A DNA stretch of 64,000 bases from positions 10,786-74,785 of the forward strand of contig JAPLHV010000157.1 of assembly GCA_026389455.1 (NCBI GenBank), given 5' to 3'. This document shows, one piece after another, positions 57,195 through 64,000 of the stretch. The position numbers and the translations under genes are program-made. Within the stretch, counting starts at the first letter, position 1, and each line of letters opens with the position of its first letter. A model generated the notes under the pieces. That model was not told where the DNA came from. It searched no databases and was given only the letters and a program-made list of their open reading frames with translations. This stretch comes from Coprothermobacterota bacterium. GTDB taxonomy: Bacteria > Caldisericota > JANLFM01.

Positions 57195-57986
57195 GCGACA
57201 GGCTGCCTGCTCGCCGAAGACCATCTCCTCCAAGTCATGTTCAGCTTGGTGAATCTTGGAGCGGTAGACGGCCAACTGATCCTCAAAAGAGGTTCGGAAG
57301 AGATGGCTGGCCTTGTAACCGGCTTTCATCTGGGCCAACCAATCTTCCATCACGGCGCGTTCAGTCTCCCGGTAGATCCCCGGGAAGGCGATCGCTTCTA
57401 ATGGCAGCTTGGGAGGCATCGGGGGACTTGGCGCCGCCGAGTAGCCGAAGAGGATGGTCATCAATGGGTAGACGGAGGGTGGCAAGGCCAACTTCATCTT
57501 TAGATAGCCGGCATCCAAGAGGCCGCTCCGGCCCGTTTCCGAGAGCATCACGGAGGAGACGCCAAGGGCCTCGGCGGCGATGTTCATGGCCATCGCCGCC
57601 AGCGAAGCGTTCATCACGGCGATGGTGTACTCCACCAAAGGAGCTATCGGGAAGGCTTCCAAAACTTGCCGGTTTCTGTGGGTGTCCCCCAGCAAAATCA
57701 GGCCGCGGGGCGCGTGAAAGGGGATCGGCCGCTCGAAGCGCTCCTGCCAGGTGGCGCTGGTAAAGAGGACAAAGCTCCAACTTTGCAGGTTGACGGTTGA
57801 GGGAGCCAATCGTCCGGCCTCCAGAATGGCTGACCAGATATCGTCGGGGATCTCCCGGATCCGAAAGGAGCGAACGCTGCGGCGTCGTACCAGTGCCAGA
57901 AGCAGCGGATTGTCAGCCAACGAGGGGGGCAGGTGAGGTTTCCCCCGCAACAGGCGCAGCAGACTGGGGAGGAAACCTCGGGCCAT
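57174..57986 (-). CDS. Nitroreductase family protein
   Basis: RRSVRSF, LAPSTVNLQSW, AAEALGVSS. Confidence 0.82.
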   Translation of the reverse strand: MARGFLPSLLRLLRGKPHLPPSLADNPLLLALVRRRSVRSFRIREIPDDIWSAILEAGRLAPSTVNLQSWSFVLFTSATWQERFERPIPFHAPRGLILLGDTHRNRQVLEAFPIAPLVEYTIAVMNASLAAMAMNIAAEALGVSSVMLSETGRSGLLDAGYLKMKLALPPSVYPLMTILFGYSAAPSPPMPPKLPLEAIAFPGIYRETERAVMEDWLAQMKAGYKASHLFRTSFEDQLAVYRSKIHQAEHDLEEMVFGEQAACRLQEPGE

Positions 57987-57987
57987 A

Positions 57988-59241
57988 TTAGCCTTCCCCA
58001 GTTTTTCCTCCGCCTTCTTGCGGGTGGGGAGGGGAGTCGGGGGACGTCTGCTTGTCAGTGAGCGAGAGGAAACCTCCAAAGAGACGATATTCATCCAGCC
58101 GGCAAGAGTTGACGAACTGTCCTTCATGGATGGTGATGTCGGGGCAACTGTCGCACATATCGGCTCGACCGTCCGGCATCACGTCTGGCGCCTGAATAAT
58201 GCCGATGCTCTGAACGTAGATTGTTTCAAAGAGGCGGCCGGGGTGGCGCAGCACGTCTCTGCCCCAGCAGCGGGCAGCTTTCTTGATCTCTTTATCGAAG
58301 GGGGCAGCCATGAAAACCTTCGAGCCGATCCTGGCTTGGGCCATATAGGCGAGATAGGTTCCTCGGAAAAGATGATGAAATACTTGAGATGCCTCCATGG
58401 CCTTCTTTCCCACCGAGCCGTAAATGGCCTTGCGCGAGCCGATCAGGGCGCCGCTAAGCCACTTGATGGAGTCGTGGCGGATGCTTCCGCCCAGGTAGCC
58501 GGAGGCCGCCAACTGCGGACAGTGTTCCTGCAAGATACGGTAAACCTCGGGGCTGGTGACGAAGCGCTCGTCGAATTTGTCGCGCACGTAGCTTAGCTTG
58601 GTCAAGTCCACTTCTTGCTTAGTGATATCGGTCCCCACCTGAGACTCGGTGGCGGTTCGATAGGTAATAAATACCAGGCCATGGACCCGGTCAATATTAG
58701 CCTGCGCCCAAGCGGCCACATCGGGGATCTCTTGGAAGGTGGAGGGATAGACCGTGGAATTGAAGACCACATAGAGTCCGCCCACCTCGGCGATCATGTC
58801 GGCGTACTTCTGACGGAGCTGGTTGTGCTCTTTCTCGCTCTTCCCGACCCAACCCGGTCGTCCCTGGTGGCTGTCGATATGGATGGTAAAGCCGGCCAAC
58901 CCGGCTTTCTTCAACTCTCGCAAAAGTTCGGGTGTGAGAGCAAGGGCGTTGGTCAGGACAATCGGCTTGATCTTGTTTTGCCGGATGAAAGCGACGATGT
59001 CCAGGATCTGCGGATGAATCAACGGTTCGCCACCCGCCAGCGATACATTATCCGGGTTGCGCCAGCGCTTGAAGAAAAGAACCTCTTCCTTGATTTGATC
59101 CAGCGATTTGTGTCCTGTCATGAACTGCCGGTAGCAACCCTCACAGTGAATATTGCAGATGTCCGACACTTCCAGCCAAGCGATAGGGTTGTCATTCATC
59201 GACCAGGGAAAGCGGTAAAGCTCTCGTTTGTCGATTGTCAT
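57988..59241 (-). CDS. Radical SAM protein of unknown function
   Basis: CNIHCEGC, GGEPLIHP, C-terminal MCDSCPD...SCR; start could be 59253. Confidence 0.85.
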   Translation of the reverse strand: MTIDKRELYRFPWSMNDNPIAWLEVSDICNIHCEGCYRQFMTGHKSLDQIKEEVLFFKRWRNPDNVSLAGGEPLIHPQILDIVAFIRQNKIKPIVLTNALALTPELLRELKKAGLAGFTIHIDSHQGRPGWVGKSEKEHNQLRQKYADMIAEVGGLYVVFNSTVYPSTFQEIPDVAAWAQANIDRVHGLVFITYRTATESQVGTDITKQEVDLTKLSYVRDKFDERFVTSPEVYRILQEHCPQLAASGYLGGSIRHDSIKWLSGALIGSRKAIYGSVGKKAMEASQVFHHLFRGTYLAYMAQARIGSKVFMAAPFDKEIKKAARCWGRDVLRHPGRLFETIYVQSIGIIQAPDVMPDGRADMCDSCPDITIHEGQFVNSCRLDEYRLFGGFLSLTDKQTSPDSPPHPQEGGGKTGEG

Positions 59242-59323
59242 CGGCTCAACCAATCAGCGCTAATTTGTGGGACACAGTTCACGAATTCCACTCTTTCTCC
59301 CGTCCTTTGCATTTTGAGTCAGT

Positions 59324-59375
59324 AACACCCTGCCGGGGGCTTTTAACTTGCCGAGGGCTATAATGCTGCCGGGGG
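59324..59375 (+). repeat. Degenerate family A element (3 units)
   Basis: AACACCCTGCCGGGGGCTTTTAACTTGCCGAGGGCTATAATGCTGCCGGGGG. Confidence 0.8.
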
Positions 59376-59406
59376 TCATATTGTAGCACCGCCGGCGAGG
59401 GCGTCC

Positions 59407-59434
59407 AAAAAACACCGGCCCCGAAGGGCCGGCG
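59407..59434 (-). terminator. Intrinsic terminator of eno
   Basis: CCGGCCC-TTCG-GGGCCGG then T-tract on the minus strand. Confidence 0.85.
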
Positions 59435-59465
59435 CAGCGATCTCTCATCGAGAAGTCATAGAGTC

Positions 59466-60785
<1,320 letters not shown>

Positions 60786-60876
60786 TCAATATCATGCTGC
60801 CGCAAGTTATCATTTTCCCCGAAGGCTCAGGAAAATGCAAGCTATTCTCCCCTTTCTTGGGGTGAGCCCTTCAAGC

Positions 60877-61049
60877 TAGACAAGCCCCCGGCAACTTGAT
60901 AGCCCCCGGCAACTTGATAGCCCCCGGCAACTTGATAGCCCCCGGCAACTTGATAGCCCCCGGCAACTTGATAGCCCCCGGCAACTTGATAGCCCCCGGC
61001 ACCCGGCAACTTGATAGCCCCCGGCAACTTGATAGCCCCCGGCAGGGCG
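60877..61049 (-). repeat. 18-bp tandem array, family A (9 cores, one 7-nt slip)
   Basis: AGCCCCCGGCAACTTGAT repeated; duplicated CCCGGCA near 61002. Confidence 0.95.
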
Positions 61050-61090
61050 ATATCGTTGAGCTTCCTTCCCAGAGGCATTACAATAACTAT

Positions 61091-61942
61091 ATGAGCGAAT
61101 ACTCCGTTGTGGTGGACAGCGTCGCCGATCTTCCCCGGGAGACGGTGGGAACATTGGGGATCGTAGAGGTTCCTTTCCCGGTGGTGTTTGGTAATCAAAC
61201 CTTTAAAGACAAAGTTGACCTGAAGTCCAAACAGTTCTTCCAGATGTTGCGCAGCAAGCTGGATTATCCCAAAACATCCGCCCCACCGGTGGGTGAATAC
61301 CTGACGATCTTCCAACGCCTGATCTCGGAAGGGCGCAAAGTATTAACCTTGACCATCCCGGCGAGGAACAGCGGCGCCTACCAGTCGGCGACGTTGGCGC
61401 GGTCTCTTCTGGAGCATGGTGAGGTGGAAATCGTCGATAGCGGTTCGATCTCGATGGGGTTGGGGTTGATCGCTATGGAGGCGGTGGAGGCGGTCGGCCA
61501 GGAAAGAACCAGGGAACGTATCTTGGAGCGTATCCAGCAAGTCATCGCCCGTGTCCAAATATTGGCTGTAATCCCTGATCTGACCTGGGCAGCCCGCGGG
61601 GGGCGAGTCTCGTCGGCGGTCGCGCGGATTGCCTCCTTGTTGAATGTCCACCCGATGATCCGCCTGCGCCATGGGGTGATCGAGCTGGTGAGCAAGGCCA
61701 ACCCCTCCCAGACCATCGACAAACTGATTCAGCGGGTCAAGGCCGCAGTGGGCAAGCAGCCGGCTGGTATTGCGGTGATGCATGGGGATAGCAGCGAGCA
61801 GGCCTACGAGTTGAAACGACGCCTTCTACTGGAGATCAACTGCCCCAAGGAAATCCTGATCTCCGAGGTGGGACCGGCTCTTGGCTCACATTCCGGCCCG
61901 GACGTTCTAGCGGTAGCGTTTTACCCTCTCTCGCCTGTGTAA
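61091..61942 (+). CDS. DegV family fatty-acid-binding protein
   Basis: VVDSVADL, PKTSAP, SGAYQSA, GGRV, GSHSGP. Confidence 0.9.
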   Translation: MSEYSVVVDSVADLPRETVGTLGIVEVPFPVVFGNQTFKDKVDLKSKQFFQMLRSKLDYPKTSAPPVGEYLTIFQRLISEGRKVLTLTIPARNSGAYQSATLARSLLEHGEVEIVDSGSISMGLGLIAMEAVEAVGQERTRERILERIQQVIARVQILAVIPDLTWAARGGRVSSAVARIASLLNVHPMIRLRHGVIELVSKANPSQTIDKLIQRVKAAVGKQPAGIAVMHGDSSEQAYELKRRLLLEINCPKEILISEVGPALGSHSGPDVLAVAFYPLSPV

Positions 61943-62026
61943 AGCCCCTCCATTCTGAGCCTTCTCCTCCCGCTGCTTCCCTGCTCTGTTGCTGGGACTG
62001 CCGCCCCCATGGCATCTTTGCTTGTG

Positions 62027-62106
62027 CTGGGATGGGACCGTGGCGCCCCAGTGCGGCATGCATGAATCGTATCGACTTGTACTGTTGACACCCTGCCGGG
62101 GGCTAT
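62027..62106 (+). repeat. Family C element plus family A head in a convergent intergenic region
   Basis: 33-bp identity to 21444-21476; ACACCCTGCCGGGGGCTAT at 62088-62106. Confidence 0.85.
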
Positions 62107-62206
62107 GTTGTTCTTGGCCGGTCAGACCTTTTCGCGGAATTCCACCTTGGCGCAAACGACCAATCAAATGATCAGTCCATCAAACGACCATTAGAGTGAA
62201 GAGCTT

Positions 62207-63577
62207 TCAGGCGGGAAGGGCGATATTCCGCTTCCATCGTCCCTGACGGTAGAAAAGAATCAGGAAGACAGCGCGGATGGTCCAGTCGATGCTTGTTGCC
62301 AGCCAGACACCTGCCAGGCCCCAACCGAAGACGAAGGCAAAGAGGTAGACCAGCAGGATCCGTGCGCCAAGAACCCCGGCCAGAGTTGCCAGCATGGGGC
62401 TGCGCGTATCTCCCGCTCCTCGCAAGGCGCCGCCCAAGACATTGAATACGGCCAAGCCGGGTTGTTCCAGTCCACCCAACTGGATGGCGATGCCGGCCAG
62501 TGCGATCACTTCTGGCGTGCTGCCGAAAAGGGAAGCCAGTTGGCGGCCGAAAAGGAGGAAGAGCAGGCCGAAGGTTCCCAGGACAGCCAAGCTGAAGTAC
62601 ATCGTGCGCCAGGTGCTGCGTTCGGCCATGACGGATTGTCCCGCTCCCATGTACTGGCCGCTCAGCGTGGTTCCGGCCACGCCGAACCCCCACCCAGGCA
62701 TATAGGAGACCGACTCGATGCTGTTGGCGATTTGGTGAGCGGCCAAGGCGATTTCCCCCAGTGCCGAGACAAGGCGCATGAAGACCAACTGCGCGGTGCG
62801 GAAGATGAGTTGTTCCCAGAAGGCCGGACCGGCAAGGCGAATGATCTGCCGGATCAGCCGGCGCCGCGGGAGAAGGTGCCGCACCCGCAGGAAGAAGTCG
62901 CCCTGGCCGCGCCAGGTTAGCAAGATGACGATCAACCCCCCTCCGGCATTGGTTGTGAGGATGGCCAAGGCTGCGCCGCGCACTCCCAAGGCAGGAAACC
63001 CCCAAGCGCCGAAAATTAGTGGGTACGCTAGAAAGACATGCAGCAAGGTGATCAAGCCTGTGACTTTCATCGGTGTCCGGGTATTGCCACTTCCGCGCAT
63101 TCCGCCAAAGAGGACGATCCCCGGGAAGAAGAGCAGATTTCCCACGAGGAGTGCCTGCAAATAATAGGCGCCCAAGGAGACAGCTTCCCCTTGAAGTCCC
63201 ATCAGACGCATCAAGGAGTCAGCGAGGGGGTAACCAGCCAGGAGGAAAACGAGTGCGCTAAGGAAAGAGAAGACGAGTGCCTGGCCGAGGATCTCGCGCC
63301 CGAAGGAGGGGTCATCGGCGCCCCAAGCACGAGCCACTAACGAGGTGGAAGCCACTGCCACGGAGGCGAATAGATTGCTAAGGACGAAATTGATGAAACC
63401 GCCAATCGCTAAGGCAGAGAGAGCGGCCGGGTTGTGCAACCAGCCGATCATCAAGGTGTCGGTGAAGGTGGCGGTGGTCAGGAGGAGGTTTTCGGCGACG
63501 GCAGGGAAGGCCAGAGAAACGATGGCCCGGTTTAAGGCCGGGCCGGGTTGGGAAGGAAGGCGGAGGGCCCGGTTCAA
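62207..63577 (-). CDS. MATE family efflux transporter
   Basis: LAFPA, DTLMIG, RGSGNTRTPM, RGAGDTRSPM; multi-TM. Confidence 0.92.
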   Translation of the reverse strand: MNRALRLPSQPGPALNRAIVSLAFPAVAENLLLTTATFTDTLMIGWLHNPAALSALAIGGFINFVLSNLFASVAVASTSLVARAWGADDPSFGREILGQALVFSFLSALVFLLAGYPLADSLMRLMGLQGEAVSLGAYYLQALLVGNLLFFPGIVLFGGMRGSGNTRTPMKVTGLITLLHVFLAYPLIFGAWGFPALGVRGAALAILTTNAGGGLIVILLTWRGQGDFFLRVRHLLPRRRLIRQIIRLAGPAFWEQLIFRTAQLVFMRLVSALGEIALAAHQIANSIESVSYMPGWGFGVAGTTLSGQYMGAGQSVMAERSTWRTMYFSLAVLGTFGLLFLLFGRQLASLFGSTPEVIALAGIAIQLGGLEQPGLAVFNVLGGALRGAGDTRSPMLATLAGVLGARILLVYLFAFVFGWGLAGVWLATSIDWTIRAVFLILFYRQGRWKRNIALPA

Positions 63578-64000
63578 CGATGGCCCTGGCTATTTCGCGG
63601 TAGGGTGAACCAGACGCGCGTGCCCCTTCCCAGCTCAGACTCAATTCCCATACGGCCGCCGTGCGCCTCCACCAATGCCTTGCTCAGGAAAAGGCCAAGG
63701 CCTGATCCGGAAGCATTGAAGGATTGCGTCGAGCTGCTGCGGAAGAAGCGTTCAAATATATGAAGCTGCTCTTCTCGAGAGATGCCAAAACCGCGATCAC
63801 GTATGGCGAAGGTTACTCCGGCTTTCTCCTCTAGAAGCGAGAGAGTCACTTTCCCCCCCGGCATAGAGTATTTGATGGCGTTGGAGAGCAGGTTCCCCAG
63901 GACTTGCAGAGTTCGCTCCCGGTCAAGATAGAGTTGTTGCAACCCTTCGCCGGCTTCCAACTCTAGGGTCAACTTCTTCGATGCGGCTTCTGGTTCCATT
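63574..64000 (-). CDS. Sensor histidine kinase, C-terminal HATPase domain (partial)
   Basis: NLLSNAIKY, DRGFGI, IFERFFR, GSGLGL. Confidence 0.92.
   Translation of the reverse strand, partial: MEPEAASKKLTLELEAGEGLQQLYLDRERTLQVLGNLLSNAIKYSMPGGKVTLSLLEEKAGVTFAIRDRGFGISREEQLHIFERFFRSSSTQSFNASGSGLGLFLSKALVEAHGGRMGIESELGRGTRVWFTLPRNSQGHR

Noticed and set aside
60896..61090. N-terminal IAPGNL-repeat extension of DegV
   Set aside because: DegV homology starts at ATG 61091, which has its own promoter directly upstream

Overview
Bacterial chromosomal window, probably from an anaerobe; the taxon cannot be determined from the sequence alone. 1-19.7 kb (+): a catabolic cluster with a DUF1116 protein, cyclase-family hydrolase, xanthine-dehydrogenase-family Mo-hydroxylase, deaminase-like amidohydrolase, class-III aminotransferase, nitroreductase, BMP-type nucleoside ABC importer and Zn-ADH, ending in a complete Na+-pumping acyl-CoA decarboxylase (mmdA/D/C/B-like). 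20-32.3 kb: an antiporter, a dense repeat mosaic, a stand-alone decarboxylase beta subunit, a second XDH/FdrA(YahF)/DUF1116(YahG)/cyclase cluster, and a Xer-family recombinase preceded by a perfect dif-like 11-6-11 palindrome at its promoter, close to where gene orientation flips. 32.8-64 kb: mostly housekeeping genes (csp, htrA, purA, tRNA-Pro(GGG), der, cmk, rimO, rodZ, cbpA-like, clpB, eno and others). The most striking unexplained signal is a set of short dispersed repeats, chiefly two related 18-bp units starting CTGCCG. They form tandem arrays with fixed ends, hybrid units and nested REP palindromes. They also enter genes: in frame in two XDH subunits and as a frameshift in a TspO-like gene. 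Other repeat families sit in frame in rimO and disrupt a 4Fe-4S gene. A REP-flanked remnant resembling a Y1/RAYT transposase truncates clpB. No CRISPR array or rRNA was seen. All family assignments come from motif recognition, not database searches.
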